A DNA stretch of 64,000 nt from an uncultured Solirubrobacteraceae bacterium (lineage in GTDB: Bacteria > Actinomycetota > Thermoleophilia > Solirubrobacterales > Solirubrobacteraceae): the NCBI GenBank assembly GCA_963820745.1, contig CAWGBB010000006.1, positions 110,415 to 174,414 of the forward strand. Direction: 5' to 3'. Every line of letters begins with the position of its first letter. Within the stretch, counting starts at the first letter, position 1. The notes under the pieces were generated by a model. That model was not told where the DNA came from, searched no databases, and saw only the letters and a program-made list of their open reading frames with translations. Both the position numbers and the translations under genes were made by a program. Shown here in pieces: positions 22,531 through 34,480 of the stretch.

Positions 22531-23990
22531 ATGGCTGGCAGCGAGGTCAACCAGGTAGTGGGCACCGGCACGAGCTGGGCTCCGGGACCGGACGGCCCGG
22601 CGCTCGCGGAGGATCCGGACCGCCTGCAGCGTCTGGCGCAGCGCAACCTCTGGATGCACTTCACGCGCATGGGCTCCTACGACGAGCACCACGTCGGTGC
22701 CGGTGATCGTGCGCGGCGAGGGCTGCTACGTCTACGACGAGCACGGCAAGCGCTACCTCGACGGCCTCTCGGCGCTCTACTGCGTCAACGTCGGGCACGG
22801 CCGCGCCGAGATCGCCCGTGCCGCCGCCGAGCAGGCCGAGCGCCTCGGCTTCTACACCAACTGGAGCTACGCGCACCCGCCGGCGATCGAGCTGGCGGCC
22901 CGCGTCGCCGAGCTGGCGCCGGGCAACCTCAACCGCGTCTTCTTCACGTCCGGCGGCTCGGAGGCGGTCGAGTCGGCCTGGAAGCTCGCCAAGGCCTACC
23001 ACCGCGCGCGCGGGAACATGAACCGCTACAAGCTGGTCTCGCGCAACCTCGCCTACCACGGCGTCTCGATGGGCGCGCTGACGGCGACAGGGCTGCAGCC
23101 GCTGCGCGAGCCGTTCGAGCCGCTGACGCCGGGCGGCGTGCACGTGCCGAACACCAACTCCTACCGATGGAAAGAGGACCGCGACGAGCTTGTGGGCCGC
23201 CGACGCGATCGAGGAAGCGATCGAGTTCGAGGGGCCGAACACGGTGGCGGCGGTGATCCTCGAGCCGGTACAGAACGGCGGCGGCTGCTTCACGCCCCAG
23301 GAGGGCTACTTCCAGCGCGTGCGCGAGATCTGCGACCGGCACGGCGTGCTGCTGATCTCCGACGAGGTGATCTGCTCGTGGGGCCGGCTCGGCCACTGGT
23401 TCGGCTGCGAACGCTACGGCTACCAGCCCGACATGATCACCACGGCCAAGGGCATCAGCTCGGCCTACGCGCCGCTCGGTGCGGTGATCGCCGGCGACCA
23501 CATCGCCGAGCCCTTCCTGCACGGGACCATCTCCTTCGCGCACGGCTTCACCTTCGGCGGGCATCCGGTCGCGTGCGCTGTCGGGCTCGCGAACATCGAC
23601 GTGCTCGAGCGCGAGGACCTGCCCGGGAACGTTCGCGCGAACGAGGGCGTCTTCAGGGAGATGCTCGACGGGCTGCGCGACCTGCCGATCGTCGGCGACG
23701 TCCGCGGCGCCGGCTACTTCCACGCGATCGAGCTGGTCAAGGACAAAGAGACGAAGGAGACGTTCAACGACGCCGAATCGGAGAAGCTGCTGCGCGGCTT
23801 CCTCTCCGGCGAGCTGTACCGGCGCGGGCTGATCTGCCGCACCGACGACCGCGGCGACCCGATCGTTCAGCTCTCGCCGCCGCTGATCGCCGGGCGCGAG
23901 CAATTCGAGGAGATCCTCGGCATCCTGCGGCCTGTGCTCACCGAGGCGGGCGAACGGATGGAGTCATGGAGCTCACTGTCGAGAGCCTGA
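22531..23990 (+). CDS. Class III PLP aminotransferase (putrescine/omega-amine:pyruvate type); frameshifts near 22696 and 23190
   Basis: NLWMHFTR, YLDGLSAL, FTSGGSEAVESA, ISDEVICSWGRLG, TTAKGISSAYAPLG. Confidence 0.9.
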
Positions 23991-25109
23991 TCGGCGAGCT
24001 CGGTCTCGAGCTGATCAGCGGCGGGTCCTCCGCTCAGGCGCACGTGCGCTGGGTCCACAGCACCGAGCTCGCAGACCCCACGCCCTGGCTGAAAGGCGGC
24101 GAGATGCTGCTGACCACGGGGCTGCAGCTGGAGGGCCCGAAGGTGCAGCGCGAGTACCTCGAGCGGCTGGTCGAGCACGACATCGCCGCGCTCGGCTTCG
24201 GCACCGGCTTCCGGCACAAGAAAGTGCCGGCCGCGCTCGTCAAGGCTGCCCAGGACCACAGCTTCCCGCTGTTCGAGGTGCCGTATGAGCTGCCGTTCAT
24301 CGCGATCACCGAGCGGGCGTTCACGCAGCTGCTGGACGAACGCTACGAGCTGCTCCAGCGCAACATGGTCGGAGACCTGCTCGCCGAGGCGCTGAGCGGC
24401 CATCTGTACCCGGAGGACCTGCAGGCGCGGCTGCGGCCGTTCGGGATCGGCGAACGGATCGCCGTGCTGGCGTTCGCGGTGCAGGACCCGAGCGCCGCCG
24501 CCGCGATGGTCGAGCGGCTGCTCGACGCCGAGCGCGTCGGCAAGCTGGTGGCGATTCGCGGTGGCCTCGTCTGCGCCGTCGTCGACGCCGGCGACGGGCG
24601 CGGAGGTGCTCCCTTCGACGCGGTTGCGCTCGCGGCGCGCATCCGTGCGGCGCTCGCCCCGCGGGTCGGCGAGGTGCGCGCCGCCGCCAGCCGGGTGGGG
24701 CCGACGCACTCGCTGCGGCATGAGCTTCCACGAGGCGCGCTGCGCCCTGGAGGCGGTGCGGCTGCGCAACGGCAGCGCGCCGGATGTGGCCACCTACGAG
24801 GACCTCGGCGCCTTCCAGCTGCTGCTCTCGCTGCAGGACGAGGAGGCGCTCAGCTCCTACTGCCGCAGCGTGCTCGGCCCGATCGAGCAGGGCGAGGGCG
24901 AGTACGGTGACGAGCTGGTGCGTTCGCTCGACGTCTTCATCGAGAACAACGGCCACTGGGAGAAGGCGGCGGCGGCGCTCTACTGCCACCGGCACACGCT
25001 GCGCTACCGGATCCGCCGCATCGAACAGCTCACCGGCCGCAGCTTCTCCAGCGCCCGCGACCGGATCGAGTTCTGGCTGGCGCTGCGCGGAAGGGAGCTC
25101 TCCAGATGA
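23966..25109 (+). CDS. PucR-family transcriptional regulator; frameshift near 24720
   Basis: VRWVHSTELADPTPWLKGGEMLLTTG; C-terminal HTH AAAALYCHRHTLRYRIRRIEQLTG. Confidence 0.92.
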
Positions 25110-26204
25110 AGATCGGCGTCCCGAGCGAGGTGAAGACCGACGAGTACCGCGTCGCGATCACCCCCGCCGGCGTGCGCGAGCTGACCGCTCGCGGCCACGA
25201 CGTGCTCCTGGAGGCCGGGGCCGGAACGGGCAGTGCGCTGAGCGACGACGACTACGTCATGCAGGGCGCGACGATCGTCGCGGACGCCGACGAGGTGTTC
25301 GCCCGCGCCGAGCTCGATCATCAAGGTCAAGGAGCCGCAGCCCGAGGAGGTCGCACGGCTGCGTCCCGAACAGACCCTGTTCACCTACCTGCATCTCGCC
25401 GCCGAGCCGGAGCTCGCGCGCGGGCTGATGGACTCCGGCGCGACGTGCATCGCGTATGAGACCGTCGAGGACGCGGCCGGCAGGCTGCCCCTGCTCGCCC
25501 CGATGAGCGAGGTCGCGGGCAAGATCGCCACACAGGCGGGCGCTTTCATGCTCGAGAAGCCGCTCGGCGGCCGGGGCATCCTGCTCGGCGGCGTGCCAGG
25601 TGTCGCCGCCGCGACCGTGCTCGTGATCGGCGGGGGCGTCGTCGGCATGAACGCCGCCTTCATCGCGATCGGGATGGAAGCCGACGTGTTCGTCTTCGAC
25701 CGCTCGATCGATCGCCTGCGCGAACTCGACATCGCGTTCAACGGGCGCGCCTCGACCGTCTACTCATCGGCGCTGGCGGTGGAACAGATGCTTCCGGCCG
25801 CGGACCTCGTGATCGGCGCGGTGCTGATCCACGGCGGCCGCGCACCCCACGTCGTCACACGCGACCAGCTGAGACTGATGAAGCAGAACGCGGTGCTCGT
25901 CGACGTCTCGATCGACCAGGGCGGCTGCTTCGAGACCTCGCGGCCCACGACGCACTCGCACCCGACCTACGAGGTGGACGGCATCACGCACTACTGCGTG
26001 ACGAACATGCCGGGCGCGGTGCCGATCACCTCGACCTACGCCCTCACGAACGCGACCCTGCCCTACGTGCTCGAGCTCGCCGACCGCGGCGTCGACGAGG
26101 CGCTGGCAGAGAGCCCCGGCCTCGCCAAGGGGCTGAACGTGAGAGAAGGCGAGATCATGCACCCGGCCGTCGCCGCAGCACTCGAGCTACCGGCCGGCGC
26201 GTGA
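25106..26204 (+). CDS. ald: Alanine dehydrogenase; frameshift near 25316
   Basis: MKIGVPSEVKTDEYRVAITPAGV, LLAPMSEVAG, IDQGGCFETS, HYCVTNMPGAV. Confidence 0.95.
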
Positions 26205-26250
26205 GCCCCGGGCGCAGGACAACCACCCCGATCCGACGCGAGGGAGAGAC

Positions 26251-27618
26251 ATGAGCAGCTACGCCGTAGTCAACCCGGCCACCGAAGAGGTCGTCAAGGA
26301 GTACCCGGAGACCTCCGACGCGGAGCTCAAGGACGCGATCGCCCGCGCCGAGCACGCGTACCACGCGTGGAGCGACGGCTCGACCGTGGCGGAGCGGGCG
26401 GAGCTGGTCCGCGCCGTCGGCCGGCTGCACGCCGAGCGCAGCCAGGCGCTCGGCGAGATCATCGTCCGCGAGATGGGCAAGCCCATCGAGCAGGCTGTCG
26501 GCGAGGTCGAGTTCGCCGGCGCCATCTACGAGTTCTACGCCGAGAACGCGGAGAGCCTCATGGCCGACGAACCGATTCAGCTGCTGGGCGGCGAGGGCAC
26601 CGCGATCGTGCGCCGCAGCGCTTACGGCGTCCTGCTCGGGATCATGCCGTGGAACTACCCCTACTACCAGGTGGCGCGCTTCGCCGGCCCGAACCACGTC
26701 ATCGGCAACACGCTCCTGCTCAAACACGCCCCCCAGTGCCCCGAATCGGCGGCGGCGATCGCGCAGATCTTCAAGGACGCCGGCTACCCCGAGGGCGCCT
26801 ACGAGAACATCTACGCCAGCAACGAGCAGATCGAGTGGGTGATCGCCGACCCGCGTGTCCGGGGCGTCTCGGTGACGGGCTCCGAGCGGGCCGGCGCCGC
26901 GGTCGCCGAGATCGCCGGTCGCAACCTCAAGAAGGTGGTGCTCGAGCTCGGCGGCTCCGACCCGTTCATCCTCCTCGGCACCGACGACGTGGCCGCGGTG
27001 GCCGCGCAGGCCGCCGAAGCGCGCTTGGAGAACGCCGGCCAGGCCTGCAACGCGGCCAAGCGCTTCATCGTCGTGGACAGCCTCTACGACGAGTTCCTCG
27101 AGCAGCTCAAGGGCCAGCTCAGCGGCGCCAAGACGGGCGACCCGACGGCAGAGGGCACGGCGATCGGCCCGCTGTCGTCGAAGACCGCCGCGGACCGCCT
27201 CGACGATCAGGTCAAACGAGCCGTGGCGGCGGGCGCGGAGGTCGTGATCGGCGGCAAGCGCGAAGGCAACTTCTACGAGCCCACGATCCTCACCGGCATC
27301 AAACCCGGCGACGCCGCCTCCCAGGAAGAGTTCTTCGGCCCGGTCGCGCAGGTCTACAAGGTGGCCTCCGAGGAGGAGGCGGTCGACCTCGCCAACGACA
27401 CCCAGTTCGGGCTCGGGTCCTACCTGATGACGAACGACCCCGAGCAGGCGGCGCGTGTCGCCGATCGGATCGAGGCCGGGATGGTGTACGTCAACATCGT
27501 CGGCGCCGACAGCCCAGAGCTGCCGTTCGGCGGGTTCAAGCGCTCCGGCTTCGGTCGCGAGCTCGGCCGCTACGGCGCCGACGAGTTCGTGAACAAGAAG
27601 CTGATCCGGACCGCATAG
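26251..27618 (+). CDS. NAD-dependent succinate-semialdehyde dehydrogenase-type aldehyde dehydrogenase
   Basis: IMPWNYP, LELGGSDP, catalytic GQACNAAKR, EEFFGPV, PFGGFKRSG. Confidence 0.9.
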   Translation: MSSYAVVNPATEEVVKEYPETSDAELKDAIARAEHAYHAWSDGSTVAERAELVRAVGRLHAERSQALGEIIVREMGKPIEQAVGEVEFAGAIYEFYAENAESLMADEPIQLLGGEGTAIVRRSAYGVLLGIMPWNYPYYQVARFAGPNHVIGNTLLLKHAPQCPESAAAIAQIFKDAGYPEGAYENIYASNEQIEWVIADPRVRGVSVTGSERAGAAVAEIAGRNLKKVVLELGGSDPFILLGTDDVAAVAAQAAEARLENAGQACNAAKRFIVVDSLYDEFLEQLKGQLSGAKTGDPTAEGTAIGPLSSKTAADRLDDQVKRAVAAGAEVVIGGKREGNFYEPTILTGIKPGDAASQEEFFGPVAQVYKVASEEEAVDLANDTQFGLGSYLMTNDPEQAARVADRIEAGMVYVNIVGADSPELPFGGFKRSGFGRELGRYGADEFVNKKLIRTA

Positions 27619-27656
27619 CCGTTCTGCCGCCCCCGCGTTCGGCTAACGTCGCGCCC

Positions 27657-28496
27657 ATGGTCAAGCGCGACGGGGACGTCGTCGAGCCAAGCGAGCCGAG
27701 CGAGGAGGAGTCGCGCGCCGATCTGCGCGAGCACTACGACGTGCTGCTCGTGCGCGCGCCGAACCCCGGGCCGCTGACGCTCAGCGGCACCAACACCTGG
27801 GTCGTGGGGCGCGAGCCCGCGTGGGTGGTCGATCCGGGACCGGCGATCGACGAGCACCTCGCCGCGCAGTACGAGGCGATCGACGAGCGCGGCGGCCTCG
27901 GCGGCGTGGTGCTCACGCACGACCACCAGGACCACTCGCAGTCCGCGCGCGTCGTGGCCGATCGCTACGGCGCGCCGCTCGCCGGCGGTCGCGGTGCGGT
28001 CGACATCGCGCTCGCCGAAGGCGCTCGCATCGGCCCGTTCACGGCCGTCGCGACGCCCGGCCACGCCGCCGACCACTTCGCGCTCGTCGCCGACGGCGCC
28101 TGCTTCACGGGCGACGCCGTGCTGGGCACGGGCAGCGTCTTCATCAGCCCGTACCCGGGCGCGATGGCGGGCTACCTGCTCGCGCTCACGCGCCTGCGGC
28201 TGCGCGAAGACTTCAACGTGCTCTGCCCCGGGCACGGGCCGCCCGTCTGGGACGCGCAGAGCCGGCTCGAACAGTATGCGGCGCATCGCATCGACCGTGA
28301 GAACCACCTGATCATGGCGCTCGCCGAAGGCCATCGCACGATCGCCGAGCTGCTCGACACCGTGTGGTGGGACGTGCCGGCGCAGCTGCGCCCGGTCGCC
28401 GAGGCGACGCTCGCCGCTCACCTGGACAAGCTGGAGGAAGAGCAGGCGCTGCCCGCAGGCGTCGAGCGACCCCGTTTCGAGAGGACCGAGTGGTGA
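27657..28496 (+). CDS. MBL-fold metallo-hydrolase with C-terminal winged helix
   Basis: APNPGPLTLSGTNTW, THDHQDH, TPGHAADH, FTGD, PGHG. Confidence 0.9.
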   Translation: MVKRDGDVVEPSEPSEEESRADLREHYDVLLVRAPNPGPLTLSGTNTWVVGREPAWVVDPGPAIDEHLAAQYEAIDERGGLGGVVLTHDHQDHSQSARVVADRYGAPLAGGRGAVDIALAEGARIGPFTAVATPGHAADHFALVADGACFTGDAVLGTGSVFISPYPGAMAGYLLALTRLRLREDFNVLCPGHGPPVWDAQSRLEQYAAHRIDRENHLIMALAEGHRTIAELLDTVWWDVPAQLRPVAEATLAAHLDKLEEEQALPAGVERPRFERTEW

Positions 28497-28541
28497 GCTT
28501 CTGGCCGGCACGCGAAACGGAGCTGGCGTGGACGTCCGCAG

Positions 28542-30459
28542 GTGGATTCTCCGTTCCCGCCGATCGGCGCCTACGGGTTCCTCTCGGACTGCCACACCGG
28601 AGCGCTCGTCGCGTACGACGGCTCGATCGAGTGGGCGTGTGTTCCTTACTTCGACTCGCCCTCGATCTTCGGGGCGATGCTCGACCGCGGCGCCGGCAGC
28701 TGGCGCGTGGGTCCCTACGGGGTGTTCGTCCCCGCCGGACGGCGCTACATCCCGGGAACCAACGTGATCGAGACCACCTGGATGACCCCGCAGGGATGGA
28801 TCCGCGTGCTCGACGCGCTCGTGATGGGGGACTGGCACGACAACGTGCACGGCTCGAGCCACACGCGCCCGCCGACCGACTACGACGCGGACCACCTGCT
28901 GGTGCGGGTCATCGAGTGCATCCAGGGGATGGTGCAGGTCGAGAGCATCTGCGAGCCGATGCTCGACTACGGCGCGACGCCCGCGACGTGGTCGATGGTG
29001 CAGACCGGCGAAGAAGGCGTGTGCGCGATCGACGCCCACGGTCCGACCGGGTCGCGCGAGTACGGAGCCGGGAACGGCGAGGCCGCGACCGGCGACGCCG
29101 CGGGCGAGCACGGTGTCGCGTTCCGCATGTTCAGCGACATCCGCCTCGGCATCGAGGGCAACCGCGTCCACGGCCGTCACACGATGAGAGAAGGCGAGCG
29201 GCGCTTCTGCGCGCTGTCCTGGACCGAGGGGCTGGGCGGGCCGCGCAACGTCGAGGAGGCCCAGGGTCACCTGGACCGCACGGCCCACTTCTGGCGCAAC
29301 TGGCTGGCCGACGGCGACTACCCCGACCACCCGTGGCGCTACTACCTGCAGCGCTCGGCGCTCACGCTGAAGGGGCTCACTTTCATGCCGACCGGGGCGC
29401 TCGTGGCCGCCCCGACCACCTCGCTGCCGGAGTCCCCGCGCGGCGAACGCAACTGGGACTACCGCTTCTGCTGGATGCGCGACGCGTCGTTCACGCTGTG
29501 GGCGCTGCACGCCCTCGGCCTCGACTGGGAGGCGGACGACTTCGTGCAGTACGTCGCGGACCTCGACCGCAACGGCGACGGCTCGCTGCAGATCATGTAC
29601 GGGCTGCGCGGCCAGAAAGACCTCGAGGAGCACACCCTGCTCTCACCTCAGGGGCTACGAAGGGTCCCGGCCGGTGCGCGTGGGCAACGGCGCGTTCGCC
29701 CAGCGTCAGAACGACGTCTACGGGGCGGTGCTGGACTCCGTCTACCTCCACTCCAAAAACCGCGACCACATCCCCGAGCGGCTGTGGCCCGTGCTGCAGG
29801 ACCAGGTCGAATGCGCGGCGCGGATCTGGCGCGAGCCCGATCAGGGCATCTGGGAGGGTCGCGGCGAGCCCAAGCACTACGTCTCCTCGAAGCTCATGTG
29901 CTGGGTGGCGCTCGACCGCGGCGCGCGCCTCGCCCAGCGGCGCGGCCTGGAGGACCTGATCGAGCCGTGGCAGTCGCTCGCGGCCGAGATCAAGAAGGAC
30001 ATCCTCGAGCACGGCGTCTCGGAGCGAGGCGTCTTCCGCCAGCACTACGACACCGACGCGCTCGACGCCTCGACGCTGCTCGTGCCGCTGTTCCGCTTCC
30101 TTCCCCGCGACGACGAACGCGTCCGCGCCACCGTGAAGGCGATCAAAGAGGAGCTGACCGAGAACGGCCTCGTGCTCCGTTACCGCACCGAGTCCACCGA
30201 CGACGGGCTGAGGGGCGAGGAGGGGACCTTCCTGATCTGCTCCTTCTGGCTCGTCTCGGCGCTGTCGGAGATCGGCGACGCGCGCGAAGCCGAGCACCTC
30301 TGCGAGCGGCTGCTCGCCTACGCCTCGCCGCTCGGCCTCTACGCCGAGGAGCTCGAGGCCTCCTCAGGCCGGCACCTCGGCAACTACCCCCAGGCCTTCA
30401 CGCACCTCGGTCTGATCAACGCCGTCACGCACGTGATCGCCGACCAGCTGCGGAGCTGA
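28542..30459 (+). CDS. Glycoside hydrolase family 15 (trehalase/glucoamylase-like); frameshift near 29645
   Basis: AAPTTSLPE, RNWDYRFCWMRDA, IWEGRG, EGTFLICSFW, GNYPQAFTH. Confidence 0.93.
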
Positions 30460-30480
30460 CCGCAGCCGACCCTCCCTCTC

Positions 30481-31107
30481 TCAATATCCGTCCTCCCCGG
30501 GAAGGAGGATCCGCGCGACCTCGCCCTCGACCACCACGCGCGGCTCGACGGGCGTCACCTCCCGGCCGCGCGCGTGGGCCAGCAGGTCCTCGACGGTCGC
30601 GAACTCGCTCAGCTGTTCGAGGTGCTTGATCGTCGGGAAGACGAGCAGGATCTCCTGGAGCGCGTAGGCGTCGAGCGCCCCCTGCGGCGAGAACCAGCCG
30701 AGGTCGACGCACTCCTGCCCGTCGATCGCGGCCTCCTGCCCGTCGGGAAGCGTCGCGAGGAAGAAGTGGGTGTCGAACCGGGTCTTCACCACCGCCGGCG
30801 TGATCCAGCGCGAGAACTTCACGAGCTCCTCCGGCCCGGGCAGCTCGATCGACGCCTCCTCTTGCAGCTCGCGGACCGCCGCCAGCCGGTGCGCGCCGTC
30901 GCCGTCCCCCTCGTCGGCGTCCACGGCGCCGCCCGGGAACACCCACACCCCGCCCATGAAGCGGGCCTCCGGAGTGCGCTTGACGAGCAGCAGCTCGAGC
31001 GCCTGCTCACCACCGCGCAGGAGGATCACGCTGGCCGCCTGCCGCGGGCGCGACGGCGGTCCGGTGTTCAGCTCCTCGCCCGGCCCGGGACGCTCGGATG
31101 CGCGCAT
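30481..31107 (-). CDS. NUDIX hydrolase
   Basis: VFPGGAVD...AAVRELQEEA Nudix box; RWITP, RFDTHFF. Confidence 0.9.
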   Translation of the reverse strand: MRASERPGPGEELNTGPPSRPRQAASVILLRGGEQALELLLVKRTPEARFMGGVWVFPGGAVDADEGDGDGAHRLAAVRELQEEASIELPGPEELVKFSRWITPAVVKTRFDTHFFLATLPDGQEAAIDGQECVDLGWFSPQGALDAYALQEILLVFPTIKHLEQLSEFATVEDLLAHARGREVTPVEPRVVVEGEVARILLPGEDGY

Positions 31108-31169
31108 CGGCTGACCCTACCTGTCGGTAATCTTGGCCGCATGACCAAGACGACCCCGGAGCGCGGGGC

Positions 31170-31352
31170 ATGAGCACTACCGAGACCCTCCAGCGCTGGA
31201 TCTGCGAGTCCTGCGGCTTCATCTACGACCCCGAGGACGGCGACCCCGACGGCGGCATCCCGCCGGGGACCCCCTTCGAGGAGATCCCCGACACGTGGTT
31301 CTGCCCCGTGTGCGGTGCGCGTAAGCGCGACTTCACGCTCTACGAGGACTAG
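31170..31352 (+). CDS. Rubredoxin
   Basis: CESCGFIYD and WFCPVCG; 60 aa. Confidence 0.95.
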   Translation: MSTTETLQRWICESCGFIYDPEDGDPDGGIPPGTPFEEIPDTWFCPVCGARKRDFTLYED

Positions 31353-31386
31353 GAAGCCCGTCGGGCGGCGCCCGTAGGCTCCCTGC

Positions 31387-32711
31387 GTGACCGAGCTGCT
31401 CGACCATCCGCTCCGCCCCGCCGAGGGCACGAGCTGGGACGCCCTGCTCGCTCTCGACGCCGAGCGCGTCTGGCACCCGTACGGCGCGCTCCCGGCCGCG
31501 ATGCCGTCGCTTCCGGTCGTCTCGGCGGAAGGCGTGCGTCTGAGGCTCGCCGACGGGAGCGAGCTGATCGACGGCATGGCCTCGTGGTGGTGCGCGATCC
31601 ACGGCTACGGCCACCCGGCGCTCGATGAGGCCGTCCGCGACCAGCTCGACCGCGTGGCCCACGTGATGTTCGGCGGGCTCACGCACGAGCCCGCCGTGCG
31701 ACTCGCCGAGCGGCTCACCGAGATGGCGCCCGACGGCCTCGAGCGCGTCTTCTTCGCCGACTCGGGCTCGGTCTCGGTCGAGGTCGCGATCAAGCTCGCG
31801 GTGCAGTACCAGCGCGCTCTGGGGCGGCCCGGGCGCACCCGGCTGCTGACCGTGCGCGGCGGCTACCACGGCGACACGACCGGCGCGATGGCCGTGTGCG
31901 ACCCCATCGGCGGCATGCACTCGATGTTCGCGGGTGTGCTGCCCGCGCACGTCTTCGCTCCGCGCCCGCCCGACGGCTTCGACGCGCCGCTCGACCCCGG
32001 CTGGGCGGATGCGGTCCGCCGGGCTGGCGGCCGAGCATCGCGGGAGCCTCGCGGCGGTGATCGCCGAGCCCGTCGTGCAGGGCGCCGGGGGCATGCGATT
32101 TCACTCGCCCGCCTGCGTGCGAGCTGCTGCGCGAGGTCTGCGACGAGCACGGCCTGCTGCTGATCCTCGACGAGATCGCCACCGGGTTCGGGCGCTCCGG
32201 CAGCATGTTCGCCTGCGAGCACGCGGGGGTCGTCCCGGACGTGATGTGCGTAGGCAAGGCGCTCACCGGCGGCTACCTGACACTTGCCGCGACGCTGTGC
32301 ACCCCGGCCGTCGCCGAGGCGGTCTCGAGCGGGGAGGGGGGCGGCCTCATGCACGGGCCGACCTTCATGGCCAACCCGCTCGCGTGCGCGGTCGCGCTCG
32401 CGTCGCTGGAGCTTTTGCGCGCCGAGGACTGGCGCGGCCGCGTGGCTGCGATCGAGCAGGGCTTGCGCGCCGGCCTCGCGCCGGCGCGCGCGCTGCCCGG
32501 CGTCCGCGACGTTCGCGTGCTCGGCGCGATCGGCGTGATCGAGCTCGAGCGACCCGTCGACGTCGCGGCGGCGAGCGCCGCCGCCGTCGAGCGGGGGGTG
32601 TGGCTACGGCCGTTCCGCGAGCTCGTCTACGCGATGCCTCCGTACGTGATCGGCGCCGAGGAGCTCGCCGCGGTCACGGAGGCGATGGTCTCCGCAGCGT
32701 CCGAAAGCTGA
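31387..32711 (+). CDS. bioA: Adenosylmethionine-8-amino-7-oxononanoate transaminase; frameshifts near 32020 and 32122
   Basis: [46 protein letters not shown]. Confidence 0.95.
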
Positions 32712-32766
32712 CCAACGGGCCTTCGGATGGCGCGCGCCGCTGCCCGCCGGGTTAGGATCCGCGCCG

Positions 32767-34445
32767 ATGTCGGGAGGGGGCTCCAGGTCGATCGTGGCCC
32801 GGCTGTGGCTGCTATGGGCGCCGCGGTGCTGGCCGCGTGCGCGCTGTGGGTGGCGCCGGCGCTCGGCCTGCTCGCCGCTCCGGGCTCGCCCGCGAACACG
32901 CGCGGCGCGGACTGCCATGCGGGCGTGCCGCCCGTGCTGCACGACGGCTTCCCTGAGCCGCCCGCGCTCTACAGCCGCGACGGTGCGCTCGACGTGCGGC
33001 TGCGGGCCGCGGTCGGCCCCGCCCGCATGGGCAGCACGCGCGTGAGCGCGTGGAGCTACGACGGCAGCGTGCCCGGGCCGACGCTCGTGATCTGCGCCGG
33101 CGACCACGTGACGGTGCACCTCGAGAACGAGCTGCCGGAAGCGACCAACCTGCACACCCACGGCTTCCACGTCTCGCCCGAAGGCAACAGCGACAACATC
33201 TTCGTGCACGTCGAACCGCACCAGCAGTTCACGTACGAATACGCGATCCCGACCGACATGTCGCCCGGCTCCTACTGGTACCACCCGCACATCCACATGC
33301 ACGTCGAGGACCAGATCTTCCGCGGCATGGCCGGGGCGATCGTCGAGGAGGGTGGTCTCGACCGGCTGCCCGCGCTGCGGCGGGTACCGCAGCGCTGGAT
33401 CGTGCTCGACAACACCGAGGTGCGTCACGGCCGCATCCTCGGCGTCGACGAATCGACCGAAGCGGGCGATCGCATCTACGTCAACGGCGTGCTGAACCCG
33501 ACGGCGAAGATCAGGCCGGGCCAGCTGCAGCGCTGGCGCATCTTCAACGCGAGCGCGGACCGCGTGATCGTGCTGCGGATGGCCGGTGGCCGTCCGTTCC
33601 AGCTGCTTGCCGAAGACGGCCACACGCTCGAACGCGCCGCGCAGCGTGCGCACGCTGATGATCGCCCCCAGCTCGCGCCGCGACGTGCTCGTGCGGGGCG
33701 GGCCGCGCGGCAGCTACGCGCTGAAGGCGATCCCGTTCGCGCAGTTCCCCGGCGGCGAGAAGGCCTCCAACGGCGGGCCGGTCCCCAACCAGACGGTGCT
33801 GACCCTGCGCTCGGCCGGCGCGGCCGGAGCGCGTGGCGCCCGCCGCGGGGGGCGCTCTCGCATCCCGTCGACCTGCGCGGTCAGCCGGTCGCGCGCGAAC
33901 GGACGATCCAGTTCAGCGAAATGGTCGAACCGTCCGGCGCGTCGGAGTTCCTGCTGAACGGGATGGCGTTCGACCCCAGCCGCACCGACGTGACGATGAA
34001 GCTCGGTTCGGTGGAGCGCTGGACGCTCGTCAACACGACGCACGAATGGCACACCTTCCACATGCACATCGACGACTTCCAGGTCGTCAGCCAGAACGGC
34101 GTCGCCGTCCCCTACGTCGACTACCAGGACAACGTGGCGCTGCCGCCGGGCTCGCACACCGTCGTGCTCGTGAAGGCCGCCGACTTCACAGGCAGGTTCG
34201 TCTTCCACTGCCACGTGACCATCCACGAGGACCACGGCATGATGGCCACGATCGAAGTCGTGCGCGAACCCGGCGCCGCCGCCAGCCGCAGCTCAGTCGT
34301 GCGCCGGGCGGGGCTCGCGATCAGCTCCTCTGCCTACGGGTATCCGGCGAAGGGGCGCAGGCGCCCGGCGGCGGCCCCGGCGCTCGGGCGGGCGCCGCTG
34401 TTCTGGTGCAGCCCGAAAGCCGCCCGGCGGGGCCGGGCGGCCTGA
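32767..34445 (+). CDS. Secreted multicopper oxidase; several frameshifts, start uncertain (32727-32814)
   Basis: All four Cu motifs present: NLHTHG, YWYHPH, HTFHMH, FHCHVTIHEDHGMM. Confidence 0.9.
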
Positions 34446-34480
34446 GCGTGGCGGCCGGGCGCTCGCGCCGGCGCCGTGCC

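Noticed and set aside
22697-24910. Aminotransferase-PucR fusion ORF
   Set aside because: Frameshift read-through; each protein is complete when frames are corrected
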